Numbered from the whole stretch's first letter, positions 41,400 through 53,837 are shown. The stretch: DNA of 63,843 nt, filler included, from Octopus bimaculoides (GCF_001194135.2; 5 parts of 4 records of this genome joined end to end with filler, not necessarily neighbours in it), one strand, 5' to 3'. Numbers and translations: made by a program. The notes: generated from the sequence alone by a model not told the origin.

Positions 41400-44330
41400 T
41401 GTAGGTTGGGTTTGGTATTGGTGTTTTCGTTTTTCTGAAGTTGGTTACTTATTTATCCATTTATTTATTTATCTTTTAATTTTACCTTGCGTGAATATAG
41501 AGTAACATTCATTTATATTGCTTTGTGCAGTATGTTGAATCTATGTATACGAGTGCTTGTGTTAGTGATTGTGATGTTGAAATTTGGAAACATTGTCTGT
41601 GTTTGATGATAGAACTCGGTACATTGTGCTTTTTGAAATGTATGAAAATGTCTTGAATTTCATAATCGATATGCAATTGTATTTAGTGGGTGGCTTGATG
41701 AAAGTTGAGGAATTGTTCGCTAAGTGGTTTCGTTAACTTGGAGTGTAGAGCAGAAGGTGTTGTGTGAGGAGGTGGTGCTGTCTGAGAATGAGGTGTTGTA
41801 GCTGGCTTGGTGAGATATGGCTGTATGGGTGATAAGATTTGTAGGTGATTTAACTTGGTTGACTAGTTGTGCAACCGCATAATTTGTAAGATGGTGTTGG
41901 GCAGTATGTAACAAAAGAGGTGTGATAACAGTATTAAAATTAAATGGTCGGTGGCCTGATGGCAGTTGGAGAATTGTTCGCTACGTGGTTTTAGCTTGGG
42001 GTGTAGAGCAGAAGGTGTTGTGTGAGGAGGTGGTGTTGTATGAGGAGGTGGTACTGTCTGAGGATTTGGTGTAGTAGCTGGCTTGGTGAGATATGGCTGT
42101 ATGGGTGATAGGATTTTGAGTAAATTTACTTTTAATATTGTTAAGACACATCTTTTGTTATTTGTAGTCTCGATAATTAAGTGTTGAATTAGTTTCCAAA
42201 TGACTTGTCTGAGTTGAGAATAATTTTGAAATTTGCGTTTTTTTATGAACATTGAAAATCCATTGTATTATTTTATCGCCTGTGTTGACAGGTCATGTAA
42301 GTATGAGAATGGTTTTTGTAGAGATGTAGGAAGATTGTATAAGTATAGGTTGAGAAAAGTGGGTAAAGGGACGCGATACTGCAGGTTCTGGAAATGGTGC
42401 ACACGATATAGGCTGGCAAACATTCCATGTCGTTTCTTAAGGTGGTAACAAGTAGTTTTATTCTTGAAAACATTGCGTATTTTATGTATTACATATATGA
42501 AGAGTGTAGTGGTTTAGAGTAATAGTGTGAATCCGTGTTGTAATTTGTAAGTGTGCGAGTTTATAATGTCAAATCTTTCTAAACGTTTTGAGTCTGATGT
42601 GTGTCTAAGAGGCTGCAACATACGGATTTTTGTTGAACATTAAAATTGTTACAATTGCAGTAAACTAATAGAACTAAGAGATTTAGCAGTATTATTACAA
42701 GTAGTTCTAGACGTTGGTGAGAACTGCGATTCCTTCAGGTCCTTAGTGTTTTTGGCGTTTGAATTTTTAGAAATATGTATTCTTTTCTGGGTATCTGGTG
42801 GAAGCAAGAATAAAAATTGTGGTTGAAGCGGAACGTGCATATTTGTCGTTCTGTGTGGCGTTTTGGTGTCTCATTTTCTTGAAATGTCTGACAAGGGAAC
42901 TTGCTTGATTTTGCAGTATGGTTGATTTACTCGATATTCTTATTGTAAGATGGGATGTGATGTGTCAGTTGCTGTTGATAATGTTGCTACTTTCTTCATA
43001 TTTTCTGTTTGATGCAACAAAAGTAGTGTTAGATTGAAATAATCATATTGTATATCATACTTAACGTAAATACGTTGTGATAGGTAAAATTTACTGCAGC
43101 ATTCGTTCGGAGATAATGTCACCTATAAATCTTTTGAATTTTTAGAATTGTGTATTACTTTTTACGAATCTGATGGAAGCAAGAATAAAAATTGTGGCTG
43201 TGATTAAAAACACGATATGTATATATCAGGGGGAGACTGAACGCGTCCCAATAGAAGTGAATGAGAATGTTTGATGCATTTCTGTCTCTACGTTAGGCGT
43301 TATTAATGATCATACTGGCAGTGAGCATGTATTATTAATAGCATCTAACGTGGAGGTAGAAATGCATCTAACGTTCTCATTTATTGTCCCATCTCTTGAT
43401 ATATACATATTGTGTTTTTAATCATAACATTTCCATAGGAGATACAATCTCCGGACAAACACCGCAGTAACGTTTGCCCGTCACAATATAATTACATTAA
43501 GTATGAGTTAAGTTGAGCTGTGGAGCGGAAGGTGCCGTGTAGGGAAGTGGTGTTGTGGTGATGTATATGTATATTGGTGTCAGAATTTCGGTTATGTAAT
43601 GAATTTAGCTGTAATACTATTATGCCACTTCTTGGTATCTATACCGTTTGACAGCTAAGTTTTGAATCCATGGAAATCTTCGAAAATGTAATTTCGTGAG
43701 TAAGATTGTCTCACACTAGTTTATGAATGTTGCTTTTATATTAAATTATAAGACCACATCTTTTGTGAAAGAGTCGGTCATGTCTGAATTGAATATAATT
43801 TGAATTTTTAGAAATATGTATTCTTTTCTGGTTATCTGATAGAAGCAAGAATAAAAAGTGTGGTTGAGGCGGAAGGTGCGTATTTTCCGTTTGTGTGGTG
43901 TTTTGGTGTCTCATTTCCTTAAAATGTGGAACAAAGGAGCTTGCTTGATTTTGCAGTATGGTTGTTATACTCGATGTTGTTATTGTAAGATGGGATGTGG
44001 TGCATCAATTGTTGTTGATAATGATGCTAATTACTTAATATTGTCCATTAAATCTAACAAATGTAGTTCTGGACTGAAATAATCATATTGTGTATAACAC
44101 TTATCGTAAATACATTGTGACAGGTAAAATTTACTGCAACATTCGTCCGGAGATAATATCGGCTATGGACGCACTGTGATTAAAACACAAAACGTGTATA
44201 TCAGAGGGAGACAGAACTCGTCCTAATAAAAGTGAATAAGAATGGTCGATGCATTTCTGTCTGCACGTTAGGCATTATTAATGAGCATGCTGGCAGTGAG
44301 TATATATTATTGATAGAACCTAACGAATTT
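41400..44330 (-). mobile_element. Decayed Penelope-like element(s) in partial tandem arrangement
   Basis: Direct duplications 41711-41840/41972-42118 and about 42760-43330/43790-44330; degenerate GIY-YIG-like residues (TCH..., FVRFNG, SSLVRHF). Confidence 0.5.
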
Positions 44331-46110
44331 TTAAAGTCAAGTGTTGGCTTTGACATTGGGGGTATCAAAAACGAATTTTCTTTGATAGAAATTAAAAAAT
44401 ATGTTACTTGTAGCCACACGCTACAACCTAAACAATTCCTAACAGATATAAACATTTAATCTTTTCTAGAAAGTACCTTGATATTTCGGAGCACCGATGA
44501 AGAACTACAGAAGGGAGAAAAAAAAAAGTGATGTTGCTTACCATATAAACTTCTAGAATATCATAAGTACTTCAGTTACAAAGTCTGCAATAGCATCAAC
44601 TGAGGGCTGGACAGCTAGTGTAAAATGATGAAAATTAAATGTTAGGGTTTCAGAATAAGAAAGTATGAAGTATGATAAGAAAGTATGAAAGGGATCATGA
44701 GAAATGTTATTTCGCTTGGAGAGAGCGTCAACGATGTTTTTCTTCTGTGAAGGGAATTGACTTTTTATTAGAAGTCATAATCCAGACAGAAGAAATGAAA
44801 CTGTACAATGGTTTGAAGCGTTTGTGTTTGGTTGAAATGCACTCAAGATGAGACCTATATTCCGAAAGCATTTGTAGTGAAACTACCTATCGCCATTAGA
44901 TACAAAACTACTATCGCCATTACATACAAACTAGCTTCTCATTTAAATATAAACAAGCGCGGCCNNNNNNNNNNNNNNNNNNNNNNNNNNNNNNNNNNNN
45001 NNNNNNNNNNNNNNNNNNNNNNNNNNNNNNNNNNNNNNNNNNNNNNNNNNNNNNNNNNNNNNNNNNNNNNNNNNNNNNNNNNNNNNNNNNNNNNNNNNNN
45101 NNNNNNNNNNNNNNNNNNNNNNNNNNNNNNNNNNNNNNNNNNNNNNNNNNNNNNNNNNNNNNNNNNNNNNNNNNNNNNNNNNNNNNNNNNNNNNNNNNNN
45201 NNNNNNNNNNNNNNNNNNNNNNNNNNNNNNNNNNNNNNNNNNNNNNNNNNNNNNNNNNNNNNNNNNNNNNNNNNNNNNNNNNNNNNNNNNNNNNNNNNNN
45301 NNNNNNNNNNNNNNNNNNNNNNNNNNNNNNNNNNNNNNNNNNNNNNNNNNNNNNNNNNNNNNNNNNNNNNNNNNNNACGTGTTACTGACTCTCTTTCTAT
45401 CTGCTGTAATATCTCACATACACATACATGTATCACTCACATACACTCTTTTCTTTGTACGACGGCCTGTCTTTTATTATGTTTTTATATGTCGCATTCA
45501 CACTCACACACAGACATACATTTTAACGCCACAATAAATATCTCTGTTATTCATTTCATACGGTTGCCTTCTATCGTCTTCCTTTTACTGGCCATATGTT
45601 ATCGTAGTATAACATATCTGTATATCATCTCTGATATATAATTTTGTGTTCGACCGTGTGACGCGTTTTAAATAAAAGGAGTCCTGTTTTTCCATTCGTC
45701 ACCATTTCTCCTTTTTGAGTTCACACGGTCGTTCTTACACATTCATGTAAGTAGAATACCAGGAAATGGGTAATCACTTTCAAGTTTAACAACATGACTC
45801 ATTGAATAACAGCATGTCTCATCACAGAATGTTGTAACATTGTGAAGTAATATATTTTGATAAAAAAGATGTCTTCAAATTATTTTGCGCTTATTGTGAA
45901 TCTAACTCCAGTATCATTCGAAGTCGAGCAGATATATCCGTTGAGATATGTTAATTTAAAAGACGTTAGGTATAAAGCTTCACAGTTTCCGTCCATGAAA
46001 TTTCACTCAGAAGACACTGGCTAATGCTAATCTATAATAGAAGACATTTGCCTAAAGTGCCGCGCGATAGGACAAAACTTGTAACCTATATAGTTGCTAA
46101 CCGTAATAAT

Positions 46111-46505
46111 CCTTCCTTTCCTTCCTTTGGCACTCCGTCGCTTACGACGTCGATGGTTCCAGTTGATCCGATCAACGAACAGCCTGCTCGTGAAATTAAC
46201 GTGCAAGTGGCTGAGCACTCCACAGACACGTGTACCCTTAACGTAGTTCTCAGGGATATTCAGCGTGACGCAGTGTGACAAGGCTGGCCCTTTGAATTAC
46301 AGGCACAACAGAAATAGGAAGTAAGAGTGATAGAAAGTTGTGGTGAAAGAGTACAGCAGGGTTCGCCGCCATCCCCTGCCGGAGCCACGTGGAGCTTTAG
46401 GTGTTTTCGCTCAACAAACACTCACAACGCCCGTTCTTGGAATCGAAACCGCGATCCTACGACCACGAGTCCGCTGCCCTAACCACTGGGCCATTGCGCC
46501 TCCAC
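46111..46505 (-). mobile_element. SINE family C with 12-bp TSD
   Basis: TSD aaccgtaataat at 46099-46110 and 46506-46517; CpGs intact. Confidence 0.92.
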
Positions 46506-47081
46506 AACCGTAATAATACCTTCACAGATTTCTCTAAGTTTTAACGTTACTCAGGATATAAAATTGTAACCACACATAAACAACATAGAACAACATTGTT
46601 ACGTAAGTGCTAAAGAATTGCCCTATGATGACTTGTACGAATTTCCAGCAAGGCTTCCGTTTTGAAGGCTGAAGCGAGCTTAATAACTGAAGCACGAAAA
46701 AGTGTGCTACTACATGGGACAGGAATGTCGACTCCACAACCGTGTTATCGTTACCTAAAATGTGTTATCTCTATGTATGTAAAATATATACTCGTCTACT
46801 TTGTTGGTTTGAGAGCGATAACGGTTACGGCATGATTTTTTAGGGCAAATTGTTTTAGTATGTCAAATGTTTAGCGTAGTTGTTGGGGAAAAATACCTTC
46901 AGTATCTTTGATATGTAGGATTACAGTTAACAAAAAAAACCCAGCTTTTACTTAATACATCCAGTTGAAAATGATTGATATATGTGTGTGTATGATATGT
47001 ATGTATGCATGCATGTATGCACGTAAGTACGAATACACACACACGCACACACACGCACGCACGCACGCACGCACACATACG

Positions 47082-47162
<81 letters not shown>

Positions 47163-47214
47163 TCAATGCTCTAATAACTGCTATTTCAAAACAAATTTGT
47201 TTATGCTTTTACCA

Positions 47215-47690
47215 TTCAAAGATAAGGAAAAAAAAATCAAAATTTATGGTGAATTAATGCGGAACTTATTGCTCTTGTACCCTTGACTATAAGTTCTCAT
47301 TTTTATCAACGATCGTAGACGCATTAGGCTATGTACCTGCAAATTTACATAAAAACCTAGAAAAACTAGGTTTTTCGAAGAAAGAACAAAAGAAACTGAC
47401 GCGAATTCTCCAAATCCAATCTATTAGTGGAACAATGAAGATTTGAGAGAAATTCCAAAGATTTTCCATCTGCGATTCTTTAGAAGAATATATGCACACA
47501 CTTGGGTGTGTGCATCGACAGCGCAATCAGAACACGAACTCAATCACACATTTACGCACATCATGAACTTTAAGTCAAGAACGTATCTGACTCCCAGACA
47601 AAAGATAAACTGTTTTTACTTCAAATTTCTATAAATTTTTACTGATATTTGTTGATAAGATGAAATACATCGAAACCGGTAATATCTTCT
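47215..47690 (+). mobile_element. RLE-type (NeSL/R4-like) LINE 3' end
   Basis: KIYGELMRNL.LLYP..KFSFLSTIVDALGYVPANLHKNLEKLGF...LQIQSISGT C-terminal RLE motif. Confidence 0.6.
47644..47686 (+). ncRNA. Minimal type-I hammerhead-like motif, U3:A8 core variant
   Basis: GATAT-(ttg)-TTGATAA-GATG aaata CATC-GAA-ACCGGT-A-ATATC: helix II 4 bp, palindromic helix III, GUA site, helix I 5 bp with a 3-nt insertion. Confidence 0.5.
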
Positions 47691-48026
47691 TTATATAATT
47701 TTTTAATAATGTTTTATTAAATTCCCTCTTAAATTGAAATGTCTTAGACTTACTTCTGTGCTATTTCCACCTCCATGTTTTATATATAAAAATTTGATTT
47801 GTATAAATACATATATATATTATTTTATTCTTTTATTTGTTTCCGTCATTTGACTGCTGCCATGCTGGAGCACGTCAAAAGACTTTAGGAATTTCGAAAA
47901 TACATGAAACAATTCTTTTGGAACAGTGAAATTCGAAGCAGATAAATCTATAGATAATAACGTACATACAGGCACACATACATACATACATACATACATA
48001 CATACATACATACATACATACATACA

Positions 48027-48215
48027 TGATGATGATGGCCGTCCACTCGTGACCGAGGAAGACCATTGCCGACCTTCGGGAACATTGTGCGCTCTAGGAC
48101 TAACTTATATTTTGCATTTGCGCTTCCGTTGGTGGCTAATGAGCCCTGCTCTTGATAAGCATACACGATTGCAAACATTGCAGATTAAGCTTTCCCCATT
48201 CACTATACGAGCCGT
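48027..48215 (-). mobile_element. RTE-like LINE 3' tip in a (TACA)n microsatellite
   Basis: CNVCNRVCLSRAGLISHQRK finger followed by an (ATC)n tail. Confidence 0.8.
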
Positions 48216-48347
48216 ACATACATACATACATACATACATGCATACATACATATACACACACACATACATACATACATACATACATACATGCATGCATACA
48301 TACATACATGAGTAATCAAAATAAGCAACACCGATTTTAAAGATGAT

Positions 48348-48435
48348 TGCAGTACGCACGTTTCATGCTACTCCATTTATTTAAGTAATGCGAGCATTAC
48401 ATTAAATGCAATATGTAGAGCAATCTTCAGCTGCA
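48348..48435 (-). ncRNA. Minimal type-I hammerhead ribozyme (left arm, minus strand)
   Basis: Identical core on the minus strand; helix I TGCAG/CTGCA; predicted cut after 48353. Confidence 0.8.
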
Positions 48436-48445
48436 CGAAAATGTA

Positions 48446-48531
48446 GCAGCTGAAGATTGCTCTACATATTGCATTTAATGTAATGCTCGCATTACTTAAA
48501 TAAATGGAGTAGCATGAAACGTGCGTACTGC
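48446..48531 (+). ncRNA. Minimal type-I hammerhead ribozyme (right arm)
   Basis: GCAG-CTGAAGA-t TGCT...AGCA t-GAA-ACGTGCGT-A-CTGC; full core consensus, GUA site after 48527. Confidence 0.8.
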
Positions 48532-48569
48532 AATCATCTTTAAAATCAGTGTTGCTTATTTTGATTTTT

Positions 48570-50205
48570 TGATCACCTCGCTTTTGGAATGGTTTTTGTA
48601 TAATACCATATTATATTCTGGTGCCTAAACATAAGTACCATATTCAATTTTGAGTCTAAATCTAAACTTTTTACATCCATGAGTATGTATATATTAAAGG
48701 AAAAGGAAAACAAAACCAAGGCAGGACGAGTATCTCAAGTCATTTAGTATATTTAATTAGAGTAGGGTGAATCAAAATCGGAAAAGTAGAAGTAATTAAT
48801 GCCTTACAGCTGTTTTTGGGATATCCCAGGTGATGGGTTAACATCTCCATACTCTGGGTATTACGTCATCAGAGACAAGGTGTGTATGCAGGTGAGTTCC
48901 AGACAGAATTCACAGTATATAAAAGAATAAAGCAGTAGATAGAAGAATAAAGACAGAAGAATAAAGTTCACAGTTCATTTTGTTCCAGAGGGTATGGAAG
49001 TTAGTCCGTACTTCGGTGAAGGTATAGCCCCTTAAGTATAATTCCAGATAAATCCGGGTAGTATTTTGGATGTTGCATTCAGATTGAAGGAATACATCAA
49101 GTAATTAGCTTGTAAGAAAAATGGTTTTGGTAAAGTGAAGAAGGAAGGCATTTATGGCTATTAGAAGGTAATTAAATAGATAGATGAATTCTAGGTTCAG
49201 TGTGGTCAGAAGGAATATCTAGCTTTAGTTCAGTGGTCGATAGAGGGAGCTAAGGTGCTAGAAATAGATGCCTAGCTTAAGGAGAGGGAATATATTTAAA
49301 ATCAAAAGTTAAAAATTAAAATTAAAAATTAACAATTAAAAAGATTATTGCAGCTAGCGAACTTCGAAGATACTATGCTGATGTAATAACTATTAATATA
49401 TGAAGGAAATACGTACGTATATTGTTACGACTGTAAATGTAGAGAGGCAAGTGTCATGCGTGTTTATTTTGCTTGCATTTGGACCTGTGGAAGATCCTAA
49501 AGGTACCATAGAACTTATGTTTGCATGAAGAGAATGCTTCATGCTGTCTATTAAGTAATTGTGGTGAATCATGAATTAATATTTGGAGGGCTTTTTAAGG
49601 CAGAGTCCACATGCAGAGCGCTTGCCTTGGTATGGGACACCAAAATCTATTATGGCCCAGGTTATCCTATATCATATTTTCTTACTTATCAGATGGTGTA
49701 TGTGGTTGATTAGGGACGTGGATTTGCTATGTTCCTCATATCTAAATGAGTTCAGGTGTGCAGAATATCACTGCTTAAAATTAACTGTAGGTCTGATGTA
49801 GTGGCTAGTAGAATTGTGCAGTGTGTTGTGGACAATGCATTTATATACAGCGTTAAATCTTCTGCAATAGGGTTGCAGTGGGCATTCGGTCCCAGATCGG
49901 CAGTTGCAGCTGTATCTATCTGTCCTACGTGGGTTAGCTGTGGATAGCAATAATGCTGTACTATTTATGGGCCTGTTAAAGTCTAGGGTAGTTTCAGGGG
50001 TTGGCTCATATTATTATTATTATTTTATGTTTGAATTTTGTTTTGCATTTGTACAAGTTGGATCCAAGTCTCACCCAGAGACCTCAAGAGACAACAAGTT
50101 AGAAGTTCATGTAGGTGTTATGCCTAGGGTACCATATATTTGGATTTGTACAGTTTTGTTCAAGTGAATGTTTAAGAAACCATAAGAAAATTGTGTTTGC
50201 TTTAA
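48570..50205 (-). mobile_element. Penelope-like element 3' part (GIY-YIG + pLTR)
   Basis: CNCRSGTECPLQPYC..FNAVYKC.V...YI, STSLINHIHHL, DITWAIID...PYQG...CGLCL; pLTR carries a hammerhead relic. Confidence 0.85.
48800..48877 (-). ncRNA. Degenerate PLE hammerhead (G12 mutated)
   Basis: TGTCT-CTGATGA-...CCCAG/CTGGG...-AAA-ACAGCTGT-A-AGGCA; palindromic helix III, but GAAA reads AAAA. Confidence 0.6.
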
Positions 50206-50305
50206 NNNNNNNNNNNNNNNNNNNNNNNNNNNNNNNNNNNNNNNNNNNNTTAATTAATTAANNNNNNNNNNNNNNNNNNNNNNNNNNNNNNNNNNNNNNN
50301 NNNNN
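50206..50305. other. Assembly linker gap
   Basis: N run + TTAATTAATTAA + N run, 100 bp. Confidence 0.95.
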
Positions 50306-50665
50306 GACGTCGAGGGTTCCAGTTGATCCGATCAACGGAACAGCCTGCTCATGAAATTAACATGCAAGTGGCTGAGCACTCCACAGACAAGTGTACCCTT
50401 AACGTAGTTCTCGGGGATATTCAGCGTGACACAATGTGACAAGGCTGACCCTTTGAATTACAGGCACAACAGAAGCAGGAAGTAAGAGTGAGAGAAAGTT
50501 GTGGTGGAAGAGTACAGCAGGGTTCGCCACCATCCCCTGCCGGAACCTCATGAAGCTTTAGGTGTTTTCGCTCAATAAACACTCACAATGCCGGTCTGGG
50601 AATCGAAACCACGATCCTATGACCGCGAGTCCATTGCCCTAACCACTGAGCCATTGCGCCTCCAC
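50306..50665 (-). mobile_element. SINE family C, CpG-decayed copy
   Basis: Same family as 46128 but with ctcatg, aacatg, acaatg and ccattg where that copy has CpG. Confidence 0.9.
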
Positions 50666-50690
50666 GCACGTAAGTATATATGTATGTATA

Positions 50691-51021
50691 TCTACATATA
50701 TAAAACTGAGAATGTGTCTGTCTGTATTGTCCGTATGTGTGCATCACTAAAACTCCAGAGCTACCCAACAGATTTCATTCAAATTTTACACATGCCTTAA
50801 TTAGGGTCCATGCAGTGTCAGGGGCCCCAAAAATTTTCAACTTCTTGCCCAATGCAAGCCTGGGGCAATCACTTATCTCTTACACTGTTTTTGTGTTGTG
50901 TCAAAAGTGAAACAATAACATCTCTATTAATACTTTCACTATTATATAGCTTCAATTTCGTTTACTTATATTGTGTATCTATATGTATTAGTTTTATTTC
51001 TATTACTTTCAATATGTATTA

Positions 51022-51112
<91 letters not shown>

Positions 51113-51466
51113 ATATATGTATATGTATATGTGTATATATATTTATATATATATGTATATATACATATATATGTGTGTAGAAAGAAGACTGTCATATATA
51201 TATGTATATTTGTCTGTGTCTGTGTCTGTACTCCCACCATTTGCTTGACGACTGATGTTGCTGTGTTTACGTCCCCATAACTTAGCAGTTCGGCAAAAGA
51301 CACTGATAGAATAAGTACTAGGCTTACAAAGAATAAATCCTGGGGTCGATTTTTTTCGACCAAAGCTGGTGCTCCAGCATGGCCACAATCACATGACTGA
51401 AACAAGTAAAACAATAAAAAAAACTACACCATTTTAATCCCGAGCAAGGCCGAGTATCTCTGCTAG
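50691..51466 (+). mobile_element. Non-autonomous Helitron containing a microsatellite and a SINE tail
   Basis: A|TCTACATATATAAAA 5' end; 3' imperfect stem cccgagcaaggccgag then CTAG|T; no TSD. Confidence 0.75.
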
Positions 51467-52708
51467 TATATATATATGTATGTGTATGTGCTTACCAACC
51501 ACATGGTCCCGGGTTCAGTCCCACTGCGTGGCACCTTGGGCAAATGTCTTCTACTATAGCCTCGGGCCGACCAAAGCCTTGTGAGTGGATTTGGGAGACG
51601 GAAACTGAAAGAAGCCCGTCGTATATATATATGTATATATATATATATATATATATGTNNNNNNNNNNNNNNNNNNNNNNNNNNNNNNNNNNNNNNNNNN
51701 NNNNNNNNNNNNNNNNNNNNNNNNNNNNNNNNNNNNNNNNNNNNNNNNNNNNNNNNNNNNNNNNNNNNNNNNNNNNNNNNNNNNNNNNNNNNNNNNNNNN
51801 NNNNNNNNNNNNNNNNNNNNNNNNNNNNNNNNNNNNNNNNNNNNNNNNNNNNNNNNNNNNNNNNNNNNNNNNNNNNNNNNNNNNNNNNNNNNNNNNNNNN
51901 NNNNNNNNNNNNNNNNNNNNNNNNNNNNNNNNNNNNNNNNNNNNNNNNNNNNNNNNNNNNNNNNNNNNNNNNNNNNNNNNNNNNNNNNNNNNNNNNNNNN
52001 NNNNNNNNNNNNNNNNNNNNNNNNNNNNNNNNNNNNNNNNNNNNNNNNNNNNNNNNNNNNNNNNNNNNNNNNNNNNNNNNNNNNNNNNNNNNNNNNNNNN
52101 NNNNNNNNNNNNNNNNNNNNNNNNNNNNNNNNNNNNNNNNNNNNNNNNNNNNNNNNNNNNNNNNNNNNNNNNNNNNNNNNNNNNNNNNNNNNNNNNNNNN
52201 NNNNNNNNNNNNNNNNNNNNNNNNNNNNNNNNNNNNNNNNNNNNNNNNNNNNNNNNNNNNNNNNNNNNNNNNNNNNNNNNNNNNNNNNNNNNNNNNNNNN
52301 NNNNNNNNNNNNNNNNNNNNNNNNNNNNNNNNNNNNNNNNNNNNNNNNNNNNNNNNNNNNNNNNNNNNNNNNNNNNNNNNNNNNNNNNNNNNNNNNNNNN
52401 NNNNNNNNNNNNNNNNNNNNNNNNNNNNNNNNNNNNNNNNNNNNNNNNNNNNNNNNNNNNNNNNNNNNNNNNNNNNNNNNNNNNNNNNNNNNNNNNNNNN
52501 NNNNNNNNNNNNNNNNNNNNNNNNNNNNNNNNNNNNNNNNNNNNNNNNNNNNNNNNNNNNNNNNNNNNNNNNNNNNNNNNNATATAGGAGTCCACTTTTG
52601 CTGGTCATTCCTCTTATTTTTGTATGTAATATAATTTTAATCTTCGGATTTTTTTAATATGCTAGACCACTGCTTTTAATTGATTAATATCAATTTCTAC
52701 CCTCATTA

Positions 52709-52748
<40 letters not shown>

Positions 52749-52770
52749 CATACATACATACATACATACA

Positions 52771-52804
<34 letters not shown>

Positions 52805-53792
52805 GACACAGGTTTGGTTATGTGGTTAAGAAGCTTGCTTCCCAACCATGTTGACTTGGGTTCAGTCCCACTGTATGGAACCTTGGGCAAGCGTCTCTGA
52901 TTTAGTCCTGGGCCAAATTAAGGCTTGTGAATGGATGCCATAGATGGAAATTGGAAGAAGCCTGTTTTATATATACATATATATATGTGCGCAGGTGTGG
53001 CTGTGTGGTAAGAAGCTTGCTTCAAAACCACATGATGCTGGATTCAGTTTCAATGTGTGGAACCTTGGGAAGGTGCCTTCTACTATAGCTTTGGGTTGAC
53101 CAAAGCCTTGTGAGTGGATTTGGTAAACAGAAACTGAAAGAAACTCATCGTATATATGTATATATGTACCTGTGTGTGTGTGTGTGTGTGTGTTTATTCC
53201 CCTCACTTGACAACAAGTGCTGATATGTTTTCATCCATGTAACTTCGCAGTTCAGAAAAAGAGAATGGTAGAAAAATTACCAGGTTATAAAAATTTAAGT
53301 CTTGGGGTAGATACATTTGACTAACATTTCTTCAATGCAGTGCTTCAGCATGGCCACAATCTAATGACTGCAACAAATAAAACATAAAAGAAAAGATATA
53401 GCACTTGTGCTGGTGCCACATAGAAAGCACCCAGTACACTCTGTAAAGTGGTTGGTGTTAGGAAGGGCATCCAGCCGTAGAAACTCTGCCAAAACAAACA
53501 ATGGAACCTGGTGTGGCTCCTGGCCTTGTCAGCTCCTGTCAAACTGTCCAACCCATGCCAGCATGGAAATAAAAATATCTCTTACTTGATTGAGGGTTGG
53601 CAACAGGAGAAGCATCCAGCCATAAAATCCTGCTTCAAATAATTCCTTGTCCAACTTTTGCCAGCATAAAAAAATGCATGATAAATGAATGAATGAATGA
53701 ATGAATGAATGAATTAGTACTTTAGTCTTTAATCTTCAATAACAATTGTATTTTGGTCCCTCTATAATACTTGTTCTATTTTTCTTTTTTAG

Positions 53793-53837
53793 CATGACAA
53801 TCCACCATTGGCTCAGTCTCTGCTTAATGCAATTGCG
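53793..53837 (+). CDS. HID1: HID1 internal coding exon A (HDNPPLAQSLLNAIA)
   Basis: ttttttag acceptor, GCG|gtgagt donor, 45 nt phase 0/0; matches HID1 motif RPLAESLLLAIA and joins in frame to the next exon. Confidence 0.9.

Larger units (their letters stand above)
48314..48566. repeat. Near-perfect fold-back (121-bp arms, 11-nt spacer, 1 mismatch)
   Basis: 48314-48434 is the reverse complement of 48446-48566. Confidence 0.97.
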
